From Laetmonice hystrix (lineage: Eukaryota), in the NCBI GenBank assembly GCA_965235115.1, contig OZ249441.1:16182001-16246000 (forward strand): 64,000 bases of DNA, in the 5' to 3' direction. The translations under genes were made by a program, and so were the position numbers. Below are positions 40,061 through 55,154 of the stretch, piece by piece. Position 1 is the stretch's first letter; each line of letters opens with the position of its first letter. Below the pieces are notes generated by a model. It did not search any database. It worked only from the letters and a program-made list of their open reading frames with translations, and was not told where the DNA came from.

Positions 40061-43000
40061 TCTCACATTGTCAACGACAGACCAGAGTCAGGTCTAGCTG
40101 TGTAAATCAAACACCTGGACGTGTGGATATCAACTGGCTTTGATATCATCCTTCTATGTTGACAATGATACCTTCAACCACCAACCCTTGAGCTGTCAAC
40201 GCCAGTCCAACCCAATCCGATCGGTGATAACTCAGGAGACTCCATCAACACATTGTTATTCTTGTTCAATGTTTTCTTTATCAGTAATTCTTTATCACAG
40301 GGGTTACTATTTAAAAAACAACCAACAGTTCCGCTGGGTATCAAGAAAAAAGAAGCATATGCAAAAACAGACTTTTTTTCGATATGCTTGCCTGATATAT
40401 AACATATTACCTGTATCTAGGCGAGGTGGTATGGTTTCAGATCCAGCCATCCCTGGAGTCCGATGTGAAGCTCAGCTCAGACTGTGTGGAACTGTGCTAA
40501 TGGGGGAGCTGAATACCTTTGTGATAGGCGTGGTCAAATGTCCACTCTAGGTAGTTTACAGTGAGAAAACGCCCTCTGGGGCATGCGGCCTCTTACCCTG
40601 GTACCCACTAAAATGAAAAGGCGCTGACAGGAACAAGTGCTATGGTTGGTTTACCCCGGCTCTTTAAGACATATAAAGCTTTATTTATGACTCTCATGTG
40701 ACTTGACCCCTGTGTTATTACGAGCCATCACTAGAGTTTATTATCCGAGATATTCGGCCGGCCTCTGTTGTACGAAGACAACGTAATCTACACGTGCCAT
40801 TCGGTGCTAGGCTGAGCGTCGAAACAGAGATTGTAGGCGAGTCCTACTTACTTGGGTAACCAGTGATTAAAGCTCTCTCAGCTATCACTTGCTGGCAGGG
40901 CGAGCTGTTATTCTCTATCCTCCCACCTTTAATAATGGACTCTTTTAGAAAGTGTGCTCCACATTAAGGCTTAAAACAATGGGCACCAATTACGTTCATT
41001 ATTCTCAATGTGTGTGACAGGGCCTCTCTCTCATGTTCACATCAAAGCTTGCAGGCATGCGCATCCTCTGCAAATGAATGAGAGCCGTTTTCCAAAGATG
41101 GGATACTATCGGTGAATGATTATTCCTTTTTGAGACTTTCTGTTACTTCAAGTTAGTTTCTTTTACCTTGAATGTTCTTGCCCCAGCAGCAGCAATCCAA
41201 CTGATAACAGATGAATCAATCTCAACGTTATAATGAATGCAATGGTAAAGACAGGCGGAGCACTCCTTCAGCTTGCTCAAACTCCCCTTGATCGATAAAC
41301 AGGGTCCCTCTAATTTACCCATATATTCCATCACACTCTATCATCTCTCTCCGTTCAAATGAGCCGTTTGGACATTAGCGTTCGGGACAAGAAAATTCAT
41401 AATCTTAGGAGAAGTGACACATTCCTTGTGAGAGAATTGAACAGAAGACCGGGGACATAAAACGGGACATTCTTCATTAAAGCAATCAGAAGAATGGTCC
41501 GCCAAGCTTACCGACACTGCCAACCAACATTTTCAAATAAACACTGCATTTTCTTTCCGTCATCAATTTAATGTATCGCTACCAAGATTTGCTATTAAAT
41601 AATTACAGTGTGTCTAATACCAACCGGCAGAATCTATATAAACGTCCGGACAAATATGTCCCTTTATTTGTGATAACTGAAAGGCGACAGCTCCGCAATG
41701 ATGTCCACATAAAACCTTCACCGGGTTTTCTCGATGGTTCCTTGCCACTGGAAGACTTAGCACGGTTTTCAAAAGGACACGGAAAGAATGTTTAATAATA
41801 TCATACCCGTTTATATTATATCTACTTCCTCCCCACACCACCGCATCTCCTAACATACTGTTAGATTCCATACGGTGAAGATGGCCTTCCACACAGCCAT
41901 CAGAAGGTGAAGGCACCATTCCTCCACTCCCCCCACCGATACTCGATAGAGATAATCAGTCATCAGGTACGAAATGAGCTTTGGTCTGGCTTCATAATTA
42001 ATTATATCAGTTACGGCTGCCCCCTCCCCCTCCAAACACCTTAAAGGCCTCTGATGCCGGACACACTGTTATTAGTTGTTTCCTTTTAACCAATTAACCA
42101 CCAGACCAAGACCACTCTCAAATCGCTTGTCAGTTTCTAAACTTTCAACGTGACGCTAAATTAAGCGAGTGACCTTTTCCCTTCGTACCTTTAACTCTCA
42201 GCACGCTCGGCCAGAGAGTACTCTGCAGAAAAAATAGATTTAAATGAATAAATAAGTCCTTTTACCTGTTAGCGTTAGAAATGACTATTTCAAGATACCG
42301 AGGGTATCCCTACAAAAAGATGAACATTACCAAGTCTGCCCCCTTCCCTACTTACTCCTCCATTTCGTAGAGCCTCTTAATGACTGACTGCGTGTTAGGT
42401 ACTTTGGGAAGTCGCAGACTACACTAATGCTGTCAGAGCACTTAAGGAATCATTCGGAAGCACGACAAATACTAGCAAAAATTATGAAGGTTTTGTTGCC
42501 TTTTGGTCTCAATGCATTTTTTGCCAGCACTGTTCACTCTGAGTAAAAGCCCAGTAAAAGATTGATCACAGAGGACGGCGGTGCCCATTAGGACACAAGG
42601 GGCTCTCATGCAGGTCATTTAGCACAAATTGTAAATGACTTCCTATTTCTTTTCAGTTTTCCTTTCTCTTGGTGCTGTAACCTTTTCAGAAGGCAATGAA
42701 AACAGAGAAATGTTGGTACAGCTCGCTGAAATCAACCCATATTTTTCTGTCGCCAAATTACACGGAGCCAACTCTGAAATGTTTCCGCACTGCGATGACT
42801 CCCTTTGATTGAGCTGAAACTGTGAAAACTAATGGCCACCCGATCGAGACCATGGAGGTCTTTGTAATGTTGGCTCTGGCAGATAACACGGTTCATTTCC
42901 TGCAGGATCTTTATACTTTGCTATAGGTGTTGAGACTGCAACAACCGGCGACCTCCAAACCCTGGTGGAGCTCAAGATTAGGTCTCTAACCCCTAGCCGG

Positions 43001-44458
43001 GAGGTCTGAGGCTATCTGACCTGGCCAATGGACTTGACCCCAGTCTCGTGATAATCATCCTTGGTCGGACCCGAGTCACCCAAGCCGCCATTAGCTGAAA
43101 TCCAACCCGGCCATGTGATCATTTGGAACGAAATCAATTGTTTTTATGCTGTCTCTGCCAACACAGCAGACAATAACCGCAGCCAAATGGTCTGGATTAT
43201 TTGCTGCGATGTCAAATCATATTGTTTGTCCTGGAGGTTGTGGGGACAGACGTTCTGAGGAAATCGTTTGTACTGACTGACCTTTTATGACCATTAATGA
43301 CAACCCTTTCGGTCAGGCTCAGACCGGGAGCACTGCCTTCAAACATCAAACATTGACATTATGGTAATCGGGCTGTCTGCCTGTTATTTTTTTCTAATTC
43401 CATTATCTGCGTCTTCCTCAGCAGATGTTTTAGGTTTAATAGGCCTAGATGTACGGCATGGCCATGTAACAGACATACTATACTTGCAGATACCGTATAA
43501 ACTCGGGTTTCGAGTACATACATTACGTCTACTAGACAGCACGTAAAGAAATACACCATTGATACCATGATAGCTTTTTTAGATCAAATCAATATCGTAT
43601 AGAAAACGATTGGTCACAATTAAGAACGCCTTTACATTTGAGGGATGTTGACATTCCCAACACAATAGCGTCTAAGTGCAATTAGCAGATAGTTTGAGGT
43701 TATTTCTATATGAAAACCTACTCTGGCTGGCAACTTTCTACGCATGGATACTAATCACATACATATAAGAACATGTTTCTTTTTTTAACAAACATCTCTT
43801 GCAAAAACTATTTCCACCTTATAATCAAACCAAGTGTAGAGGGAAATATCTGGGGGTATCATGTGGTTGTCATACCGGCGAGCACATTCCCAAGGAATAC
43901 GGACTGTGCTGGCGTGCAGAATGTGACTGGCTGAAGTTTAGCAACCTGATCATTATTACGGCGATACTATTTCTTGGACCAATCTACTGGTGCTGACAGA
44001 TAATCCTGGAGGCACATCAAACACTCCGCTAACAATCTGTAGCTGTCACTATCAAATGACTTACCGTAAAACTGCCTCTGTCATGGCGCCACTATATACT
44101 TTAAGACTACTAAAGACAATGCCGGTGATTTCCAACAATAACATGCCGTGTACGTTATTATTTCCGGGATGTTATAGTGTATCTACACGTACAGTCGTCA
44201 CCCAACAGACAAAGTGGTTTCATTCCAAAATCTCTCAAATGTCTTCCTGCCTTGACACACTATCTTTTTACTCGCCTTTGCTTTCATGGTGAGAACGCCT
44301 TGATTTGTACATTTTCTCTGAAACACACACGTGATGTAGGTCTCTTACAGCCATTTAAACATCGGCAGTACCTAGCTTCTCATGTCCTTTAAGGCCATTA
44401 CTAAACGACATGTAAGACATATATCCGAACGAAACGTCAAGTTCCAATGAAGTATATA

Positions 44459-44870
44459 CAGGGCTAGTAAAAAAGAACCTTGCCTTTTTTTACTTCGTAT
44501 TTTTCCCCTCGAAATATAAAAAAGTGACTCTGCATTTGGCCATGTGATCATCTTGATATGGTTGTTGAGCGCGTGGACTGCTGTTTCTGACGTATCAAGT
44601 AAATGATACACGTATGTTGAAATATCCCATGACAAACACTTTGTTTTATTGACTTTGGGTCCCACTGTTGCGGTAAGGACTGCCAATAAAGCTCCTTACC
44701 ACCTCCAAAATACTGTGTTTGTAGTGATGTCGGGTGCCAGGGAACAATACGCTATATCTTTGTTACGCAACAACTATATCAAGATGATCACATAGCTAAA
44801 TGCAGAATCACTTTTTCATATTTTGAGGGGAAAATACGAAGTAAAATAGAGTGGTCTTTTACTCACCCTG
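44459..44870. mobile_element. 412-bp Tc1/mariner-type MITE
   Basis: TA flanks at 44457-58 and 44871-72; termini CAGGG...CCCTG; imperfect TIRs of about 105 bp sharing ttacttcgtatttt.ccc.c.aaatat.aaaaagtga.tctgcattt.gc.atgtgatcatcttgatat. Confidence 0.88.
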
Positions 44871-44909
44871 TATACTGTGTTAACAGTTAAGGCTTGGTGC
44901 AGTTCACAA

Positions 44910-44952
44910 CCAGCCAGCCAGCCAGCCAGCCAGTCAGCCAGCCAGCCAGCCA

Positions 44953-45000
<48 letters not shown>
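44910..45000. repeat. (CCAG)n microsatellite
   Basis: About 22 units with two TCAG variants. Confidence 0.95.
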
Positions 45001-47623
45001 CTGCGCCAATCATCCTCAGGTGACCTTTGAACCCTACATTATAACCATGACGTCATTTCTTGGCCAGCAGACGATAACCAAATTTTGTACGTTGTCATGG
45101 ATGACTTCTCCTACATCATTAATCCAATACCTCAAAAATACTTCAATAATTGCATTTCCATATGTTTTTAGCTCGACAACATTTTGATAGTGATCATTTG
45201 CATATAATTGTCGAGGCCGAGTGCCCTACATGACAGCAGGTTACCTATAATAGTGCAGCTCCTGGTATATGGATTTCCGATCAACATTTTTCTTCACTCC
45301 AGTGTGATACCCTGGTAAGAACGAAACAAAACTGAAAAACTGATGTTAGCTGCCATGTAAATGTCTCTAAACCTGAACCCCTCAAGTCTACGCTCTACAT
45401 GAGGCTGGGGGTTGTTTCCAGACATGTGCATGATTAGGATTTCCAACTGACTTGGAGCAGGAGCCGTGCGTGCGTCCGTGTGATTTGTGAAACACTTATC
45501 AACATGTCCATAATCAACCAGCTTCTTTCCAAACCCAGGCTGCAGTCTTCACCTCGGCCCTCGAGAATGTGGCACTAAATCAATGCCTGACGGTCGGCGG
45601 ATCATTCCACGGCCCGCAGAGGTTGGGCAAGAATTGCAGGTCTGAGATTTACTATCAGATATTGACTCAACAAGTCACTACTCCATCCTACTCGCACAAA
45701 TACACCGCCCACTGATGACGGCTCAGGAATCTACCCAAATCTTTGAAAGGCTACGCTTATACATCTACATGTAGTATAATGATGAAAAGAAAGAAATTAC
45801 CAATCAGAGAAAGCCAAGTCTATCGGTCGGACCTCCCTGACACATCTAGTGCAAATAGATTCTTACCACATCATATCATTTACTACCATCAAATCAGTAG
45901 GGATTATACGAACAGATTACAATGAAACCAGAACAATAAAATGCAAACACTATAGCCTATACAGTGCGGAATTTACCATACACCGCAACTGGCTTAGGTT
46001 CAGAAAAGTTGAATGCATTATTTATACGCACGGCCTAAAGGATCAACGGCTTATAATGATGGGGCATGCTAAAAAAGGCCGTCGTTGACAGCGCAATCAA
46101 TTCTTTATCTTATCTCCTGAATAAAAAAAACTTGCCGGGTCTTCAGAGGAGCAGCTGTCTCCAGATAGTTCAGCGTATGTATAGGTCTGACCTATTATTG
46201 GCCAACCAAAGAGACGAACCAGTTTTTCCGTGTCCCAAGCCTAACTCTCCCCCCGCCTCGCGGCTCACAATGAACACATCCCCACCCTCCAATGACTGAG
46301 ATCATATTACCGGTGTATAATACAATGTCTCATGGACCGTCCACATACACATCCCTCACTGTCGGTCCCTCATACAATGATCACATCCTCCCTCTACTGG
46401 TTCCTACCCTAACCGCCAAACTTACCCCGGCCACAACACACACCCTTGTCCTAACAATCTATTTGTAGCTGTAAAATCTTCAACACAAGACGGTTGGGGG
46501 AAAAAACTCATACTAAATATGCAGTATTTGTCTCTGTGTCAATGAATACAATACTCCCAACATCAAACTGATGCTACAGCTATTTCCATATTTATGGAAA
46601 CATGTTTGTCAAACACAAACCGGTCATGATTGATACGTGCAAGGTTTTATATGACTGGTCGGCCGACATAGCCACTATAGGGACGGATGAAGAACTGGTT
46701 GGTTTGATAGATTGAGTCTTCATTACCTTGCCACCAGTAGTAATCTCCCTAATCTAATAATCTTACAGCCCGACTGACTCCATACTCCCGAGTCAATGGC
46801 TGGTATTTTAGCGCGCCTACATGTACAACATTTACATCCTGTATCACACACCCTGATTGTGTTCTAAACCCGCGCTATGATGTCATACAAGGAGCGCGAT
46901 AAATATCTTATGAAGGAAGGATTTCCCCCTATGATTTTTTGACAGTTCTATGCCTTTGAAGCTAATGTGTTCCTAATCAAATGTATATATGGCTGCCGGT
47001 TTTATTGAAGTCCTGTCAAGTTATGTTTTTCACGTCCATGTAATTGCTTTAGCAAGAGCTGCAAAATGCGAAAACGCCACGTCGGGACCTGCTTCAAAAG
47101 CATTCCACTAATTGCAACACAAACCAATGTAGCAACCAAAAAATCCAACGTCATCACCGAATTGACATATTCATTATGTCCAATAATCTTCTCCAAGGGT
47201 AACTTTGTCAACTTGTTTTATAAGTTACAAACAAAACATCTCATCTACATCCAGGCAACTGCAATGCGTCTTTTTTGGAAATCAAAATTTATCTGTTCAA
47301 CATTTCCTAATAATAAAAACGAATCTTTCACGGGGATGGCATTCACTACAACGTTGATGTGTGATAACAGAAGAAATATGACACTTGACTGAAAATTTCC
47401 CTAATTTTAATTTCTCCTGTCTCGTTCTTGTTCTGTGGTAAAACCGACCCAGGCAGTGATGTGACATTGGCGGGGCGGTGTGTGCAGTTAACCCTACAGT
47501 CTCCACCGAATCGTTAAGGCTATATGACCAGCCCCTCCTTGGGGGTTTAACTCATCAGTCACAATTTGAGACCTCATACATTATTGACATAGGCATCTCT
47601 AGGTGATTATATTACAGCTTTAC

Positions 47624-48144
47624 TGCGACACTTTTGGAGGGTTGTTGGGTGAGGGGATTGGGACGTGTTTACCGAGTGACTTGCGACACTTTTGGAGGGT
47701 TGTTGGGTGAGGGGATTGGGACGTGTTTGCCGAGTGACTTGCGACACTTTTGGAGGGTTGTTGGGTGAGGGGATTGGGACGTGTTTATCGAGTGACTTGC
47801 GACACTTTTGGAGGGTTGTTGGGTGAGGGGATTGGGACGTGTTTACCGAGTGACTTGCGACACTTTTGGAGGGTTGTTGGGTGAGGGGATTGGGACGTGT
47901 TTGCCGAGTGACTTGCGACACTTTTGGAGGGTTGTTGGGTGAGGGGATTGGGACGTGTTTGCTGAGTGACTTGAGACACTTTTGGAGGGTTGTTGGGTGA
48001 GGGGATTGGGACGTGTTTGCCGAGTGACTTGCGACACTTTTGGAGGGTTGTTGGGTGAGGGGATTGGGACGTGTTTGCCGAGTGACTTGCGACACTTTTG
48101 GAGGGTTGTTGGGTGAGTGGATTGGGACGTGTTTACCGAGTGAC
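47624..48144. repeat. Tandem minisatellite, 58-bp G-rich unit, 9 copies
   Basis: Unit gacttgcgacacttttggagggttgttgggtgaggggattgggacgtgttt(g/a)ccgagt. Confidence 0.96.
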
Positions 48145-48641
48145 GGTAAGAGAACGGTTGGGGTCTCACCACGACTCTCGTTCACTCGGCACCGTCCGGG
48201 TTTCATCACGTTTCCCGACTAACCCGTGCTGGTCATCGCTGAGGCATCAGGAAGATATGCCTCATTACCACAGCTGTCCAGTGGCGCCTCAGCATGACCA
48301 ATGCCCACGGATGCCTCACCTCAAAGGACGATCAGGGGTATTGCAATCAGTCAGCGTGTTCCTCGCCGCCTCTTACCTCTGCTTGCAGACAGGGACGGTA
48401 ACTTTGATTGGGGCTCGAACCAACGGTAACTGCCTTTTATGATTTTTTTCTTGCATGTTCAAAACTGAAAACTTAAAAGGTTCTGTTTGTCTTTTCTACA
48501 ACTGATAAGAGAGTTGCTTTATTTTTCACTCATGTCAAGCTGAGCTAATAAAAAATCACTCCCTGTGACATCTAACAGGTGCTTCTATTCTCTTAATGCC
48601 TTGTCCCATCCTCTACACCGAGGGATGTAGACACTGGAGAG

Positions 48642-48896
48642 NNNNNNNNNNNNNNNNNNNNNNNNNNNNNNNNNNNNNNNNNNNNNNNNNNNNNNNNNNN
48701 NNNNNNNNNNNNNNNNNNNNNNNNNNNNNNNNNNNNNNNNNNNNNNNNNNNNNNNNNNNNNNNNNNNNNNNNNNNNNNNNNNNNNNNNNNNNNNNNNNNN
48801 NNNNNNNNNNNNNNNNNNNNNNNNNNNNNNNNNNNNNNNNNNNNNNNNNNNNNNNNNNNNNNNNNNNNNNNNNNNNNNNNNNNNNNNNNNNNNNNN
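48642..48896. other. Assembly gap (255 N)
   Basis: Run of N characters. Confidence 1.
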
Positions 48897-51800
48897 AGGC
48901 CTGCTCTGTCACCTCATCAGTCGATCTCTTATATAATAATTAATAAAAGACCTCACCCTCAGTTTCCATGTACGACTGCAATACCCCTTGGTACTGATTT
49001 ATTAAAGCATAATTGATACTAGCAGTAATTAGGTCCCACCCCTGGGTAGGCGTCATCTCAGTTTGTGCTACTCCCACGCCCGCCCGGCAGGCTCCGACAG
49101 GCCCCGACAGGCCGGAGGACACGCGCCAAATTAGCCTCTTTATGACCAAATAGAAGCAATCAAGGCGGCAACAGTCATGCACCTCTGGATTGCCCGTACC
49201 AGACATGGAAATCAGAAGACTTAAAAAGGTCAGGAGAATATGGAAATGCATTCGGTCAGTCGGTAAAGATCAAATATCAGCGATAGTCTGCGGCCGGAGG
49301 GTAGTCTCGTTTAGTGCCACTGGTGTCGGTGCTGAAGTTGTTTTGACCTCTACACGAGACCAAGGTCCCCGCAACTGGACAGATTAAGCACTGGTAGGTG
49401 CACTGACTGCGTGGATATCAGGCTTGATCTTAAAGTCGGATGGCCAGTGGCCACGCATGATGTAAGAGCACGGAGAGATCTGATTGTAGAAATGAAACGA
49501 TATTGATGTGTGCTCTTCAACCGCTTCCAACTGGCTGCAAAAACAAGAAATGTTAATGGCCATTTCCAAGCTCATGGATATTCTCCAGAAGTTCATTTTC
49601 ACTGATGTCCATTAGATTCGCCACCCCCCCCCCCCCCCCGATCAATTGGTGGAGGATGCCGCATTGGTAGCACAAGTATAACAGAATCACTGCGTGACCG
49701 TATCCTGATAACATGAATACAAGGTAGATAGGACGAGAAAGATTTGAAGCCCAAAGTCGACAGAATTTCAAATCAGATTATCAGGAAAGCTCCATCACTA
49801 GCAAGACCTTTTTATTTGACCGAGAGTCTCCTAGGTACCAATTCGAGCTCATCTTAGCATATCTGTAATCTCGTTAAGATACCCTCCGTCCTGTGATCTT
49901 ACTGGTCTTCATACTCTACCTTTTCTCATGGATCACCATAAAATCTGAGACTAGGAAGCCTGGTGATTGTATAACTGGCCAGACTTAAGTTAACCTTAGC
50001 TCTTCACGCACCATTCATTGTCTGTAATTGTGATTGGTTTGATGCCCACTGCGTGGTCCCCGTGGAGTAGGGAGTCAACCTACTTTGCCGACGTAGAACA
50101 CCACAATTTGAACCCATCGCGGGGTACTTAAAGAGCCCCTACCCTCTCGCAGCTTCACCCTGGCACTTTTTCCTGACTAATTTTGATCCGGCCACAGACC
50201 GTCATTCTATTTATGCACTTTTGATGGAGTGTACAGGAGCCAGCTCCTAGGTCGCCAGACTGAAATTATCTTTGTCCCTGTCATTTTAACCTTGGCGGCT
50301 CTGTCAATGGCCGCCATCATGGTATGCGGTTCCTCTCCCAGGTGAACTAATGCATCATACACTGCCATTATGAAAATGTCTCCTTTCAATCCCTGCCCTG
50401 ATATAGGCCCTGGTCCTTCATCATATCGATGTCAGACATTTCACCCTACCCCATTCAAATGCTTCAAGAAATGAGGCCACCATGTTATGATGGTTTGGAG
50501 GGGGGCCTAAAACCTGTGCAGACTTTGATGATACTGGGATAATCAAAGCAGTGTCATTTTCCCACATGATACAGCTGGCTGCTCTTACATTATGCAGAAA
50601 CATATTTTCATGGATCCATTAAATCTTTCTTGTTACACTTCGATGGTATGCAGTCAATAAAAGTTTTCCTGCATCTGCAAAAATGGGTAATTGCAAAAAG
50701 GCACGTGCTTTAGCTGTAGGATCGAGAAAAAAAAACGAAATCGAAGAACTAATACGCATCCAGTAAGTGGTAACGATCGACACCCAAAGCTAGTTTGGTA
50801 GTGTGAGTATTTTCTGATGGCGGCCGGATTACTGTAGACTTGCTCTATAATGAACGAAACACACTCTTCATAATAATGTCACTCTTCCCGTCCTCATCAA
50901 ACAAGCAAATACATGTCTCGAACGTAGGGACGGTCCGATCTGAAAGACGTTCTATAGATTGTGAGGCTTCGGCTGCCGGCAAAGGTTCCATAACGGTTAG
51001 CGTGGCGGACCTGACGATGGCCAATCAATGACCAGCACCCGACGTGAGCTGTCCTGCCCGGGGCCGTGCTGCCACTGCAGTTCAATGGTAACTTTCGAGG
51101 AAGCTGGCTATTGAAACAGCAGGATAGCCAACGGGAAAGTGAGCAAACAGTCTCTTTAGAATTCTAGTCTCCTCGTTCACCGCGGCGGTAGTGTACATCA
51201 CGAGGTGGCAACCAGCACCATCTAAACAGTGAGCCTATCAGTGGCCACTGAGATCACGTCCGCCTTCTGCGCCGGTGACGTCACACTACCTCCATGACGT
51301 CGCGTGACGGTGTGACGGTACGTCATAAAGACGGACGTCGGCGCGACCTGAATGGCTGCACTGTTTGTGCACTTGAGATGAAGTTTTCTGGAAAGGCTGC
51401 CAAGATTGCCCAGCAATGTCATCAACTGCTCTGGACTGTCATGTGTCCCAATTGCATGACTACACTCGGGCCAAGGCAAAATGAACAAATTTCCTGTGCC
51501 CGGCCGCTTAACTATGAATATTCTATGAGAGCTGATGTTTCCCTTTACCACGCTTCCTGAAATTACTTGTATATAAGGGACTAGGAAGGATCAGCATATA
51601 CTGCAAACACTTTATGATCAGTCGTGGACCTAGATTGAACAACCCGGTAAATATGGGACACCTTCGCAGCGTCCATCTAAAGGGATCCACCGAGAGGTTC
51701 CTACTGAAGGCAACTAATTAAAATGGCTTAACATAATCATGTTTCAATAAAAGCACGAAACCATTCAGTATAAAGGCTACCAAAATATTAAATCGGGTGT

Positions 51801-54800
51801 TTAAGGGCATAGCGGAATATCATAGACATCTAAAAATCTTCCACATTATTAACCCATGGCAACTATCCACCTTGTACACAGATAACAACCCTCTACACCT
51901 CCACACCAATATCCCACACGTCCACCTGCTATCTGTGTCCCCAACCGCCCACCTGATGGCCTAAACGGGAAACTTATGTCCTACATCTGTCCAGCATATC
52001 AAATCTCCGAGTCCACAAAGAGTTGTTGAGGGTCTTCCCACCTCTATGGCTGCCCGTCCTGTGGGACCGGCTGCCCGTCCTGTGGGACCGGGAATCTCCG
52101 TCATGCAGACCAAAGCCTGATGGAGGCCGGTCAAAGTGCGACGGTCACAGCGGGGTTAAATACCCGAATGACAACAAAACCCGAGTGGATGTAGCCACAC
52201 GGTGCCTCCAGCCTGCCCATGTATCCGCCCACCCGTCCGCCAGTATCAGTCAAACCGCTTAGCGCCCGTCTTAAGGTGATCTATGAAACATGCCAGGTAT
52301 TGCGGACCATCAGACGGCGGACCGGCCATCGGTTCTGGGCTCCGGGCCTGTCCTTATCCTCCCAGATACAAGTGCCATTATGTCACACAAAGTCTTGATC
52401 CCCGCGGCTTGTGTCAGCTACAAACACAATTTATGGACCTGCCCATCATTGCCTGTATCTGGGAATGACTGCCAAATGGCACACCTCCGGGAAAAATGCA
52501 TTTGATGTGCCCGCTCCACACATATATACTGGATGGTAGTCGTAGATGATGAATCACCTACCATGAACTCCGGTGTTCCTTATTTAATCTCATACCGACA
52601 TGCTGGTGGAGAATTCCCAGTCTCCCATAGCCTGTACTCCTCCAAATTCAATCTCTGACCAGATAAATTAAGTGTAAATACACCTGGCTGCACTGCCTGC
52701 TGTGACCGTCGAGCACAGGCAGTTTTAATCCAACCTACATACGTCAAAGTTATCAATCTTCTGATAATGTACGATGGGGAAGGGAAAATCGTAACGTCCA
52801 TGACCAGCTGCATTTTCATTCTATCGTGAAATGGTGCCTGTCCTTGTCTGTCTTTCTGTCTGTCCCTGTCAGGCCTGTCCTGTCTTTATCGAGCATGTAA
52901 GCGCATCTTTTCTCGGTATGACAACCCTTCCTGATTTACGAACATATATCAAAAGTTAACCTATAGGATTTCAGATGAAAAGAAAATCTAGAAAGACCTT
53001 ATCAGCAAGGCTGCAATTTTACGTAACCTAATTGAATAATCATATCTATAGGTCCATTTCAGAACCCCTGACATGATTAGTTAGTCATGTAATTAAAGTG
53101 TCCTCCAAGTCAGTCACTCATGACACCGAATCTATCACAATACTCCATGATTAGGCCTACTCCGAAACCTGACGGCAAATACTGTAATAAAACTTCATGC
53201 CTAATCACCTATTCCATCCATCAGCGTCGCACACTCCACCATCTGTATTAGCTAATCTCTCGTAACGTTCGGAAACAGGCAACCGAGGGCCACGGAGCCC
53301 CTTCTTCAAATCAATTCTACCTATCCTTTTTATATCAAAATATTAAAAATAAAACAATGAGACCATGCCTGCACGGATAAGTATTCATTCGAAACTATGC
53401 GTGAATACTGATATCGAAATATGAATTCAATTTAATTGCATAAAAACTGGGCATAAAAAAACTAACCAGAAAAAAAAAATTATTTTCTTAACGGTCACTT
53501 TTCCCATTTCAAAGTTCATCGTAAAGAGAACTTAGAAATCTAACAAGGAATGTTACATTTATATGTATACATTTCGTATAAAAAATGGTTGTTTACTTAT
53601 TTTACATTTTTCTTTTAAATCTATCAGAAAAAACAACAATCCAATAGTATCCCTCGTTTAGTAGCCCAGACAATCTACAAGATAGATATGTGCGTCCCTA
53701 AATCTCCTAACAGTAGCAGAAACATCCCAACAAAGGATGATGGACATATGAATGATACCTGCACACATTAGATTAATGCATGCATGCGTTGTACATCCCT
53801 TTTCCATATCGTCCTTACAATAGATGTTTTTAGGACGTGAGAGGCTCATTAATGCACTAAGGATCATCCCTGACACATTAAACAGATGAGAGTCCCAGAT
53901 CCATTCAGGATGAGGTCCATGGGAATACGTATTCCTCACACCCACAGCCGCTATTGTACTTTTCCGAATCGAAGCTTCGGCATCGCTGCAGCAGCAAGGC
54001 ATTAAAACGTGATGCCCTCGGGGGGGGTCCAGCGGGCGCAATGCATCCTGGTCTCGCACCATTCTCCTGACTGAAGACATCCCCTCGGTACGTTATCATG
54101 GCGGGGTGCGGAGGAGAAGGAGGTGGGAGAGTGTGGGTGGTCTGGTGATGTTTGATGCAGAGAAAGCAAAGCGTACAGTGGTCCCAGTCATGACACGGTG
54201 CGCCAGTGGTCATTTGTGACAACGATGAGGAGCGGTTCAAACTGGCGGGACATCCCCACTGACTGCCCGCTATATCTACGGTCTACCGCTGGCTCTCGTC
54301 ATGGCTCCCATCACCTGAGCAGAATTCTAGCCAGCCTCTCACGACAAACGGACACGGACACATTCAGCTAGTCCTCAATGATTTGAACGTCAGTAGAGAT
54401 GTCCTGCTGATCATCATCAGTAGGAAAACAACACTGGAAGAACTAAAGATCACTCCCAGAGAAATATCTCTCTGACCAGGTCGGATGGCGAGTCCAAGGT
54501 CGTGGATTCATCGACCTCATAACATATCAAAGCTAACAAACCAAATAAGTAAAATAAATACTTCATGACAGATCTGCAGGTGGGGTTAGGAGATTTTTCT
54601 GTCTTTTAAAGATGTTCTAGGTAATACTGGTCAAGGGTGAAGTGTTTTATAAGTTAACACCAATCTTTCACAGATATGGATTGAAGGTGTTCCAGTACTT
54701 TGAAGATGTCTGAAGATGTCTGTCTGTCTGATCAAAAACCTTGGCCACATCCATAATGTCTCCACAATAGGTGCTGAAATCTACAGATCTCATAGAAAAC

Positions 54801-54999
54801 AAAATCATTGTATCCCTGCCTACAATCGTCTGCCACAGACAGCTTTGCTAGAACTTGTGATTAAAACCCCAACAAATATTGCGGCACGCCAGGGAAATGA
54901 AACCCACAAACCAAAATTAATGCACATCATCTGGAGTTATATAAACAATGCTACATCTTGATCTCATTTGTTTTCTTTTTCAAATAACAACTTGGTTCT

Positions 55000-55154
55000 G
55001 GGGATGAATTCTCTGACAGATTCCGGGAGGAGATGATACAACCTATAAGATAAAATCCCGTAATACAAGCTCTGTATGGGGATGAATTCTCTGACAGATT
55101 CCGGGAGGAGATGATACAACCTATAAGATAAAATCCCGTAATACAAGCTCTGTA
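55000..55154. repeat. 78-bp direct tandem duplication
   Basis: gatgaattctctgacagattccgggagg...atacaagctctgta begins at 55003 and again at 55081. Confidence 0.9.

Noticed and set aside
42042-42195. TTAAAGG...CCTTTAA segment as a small Kolobok element
   Set aside because: The inverted match is limited to AGG/CCT beyond the TTAA, which is too short to support.
47607-48209. Overlapping Pro/Ser/Thr-rich ORFs (200, 109 and 64 aa)
   Set aside because: All are translations of the 58-bp satellite in different frames. The same applies to the ORFs at 2542-3539, 8183-8707 and 60975-61841.
48596-48943. ORFs spanning the N run
   Set aside because: They are artefacts of translating through the assembly gap.
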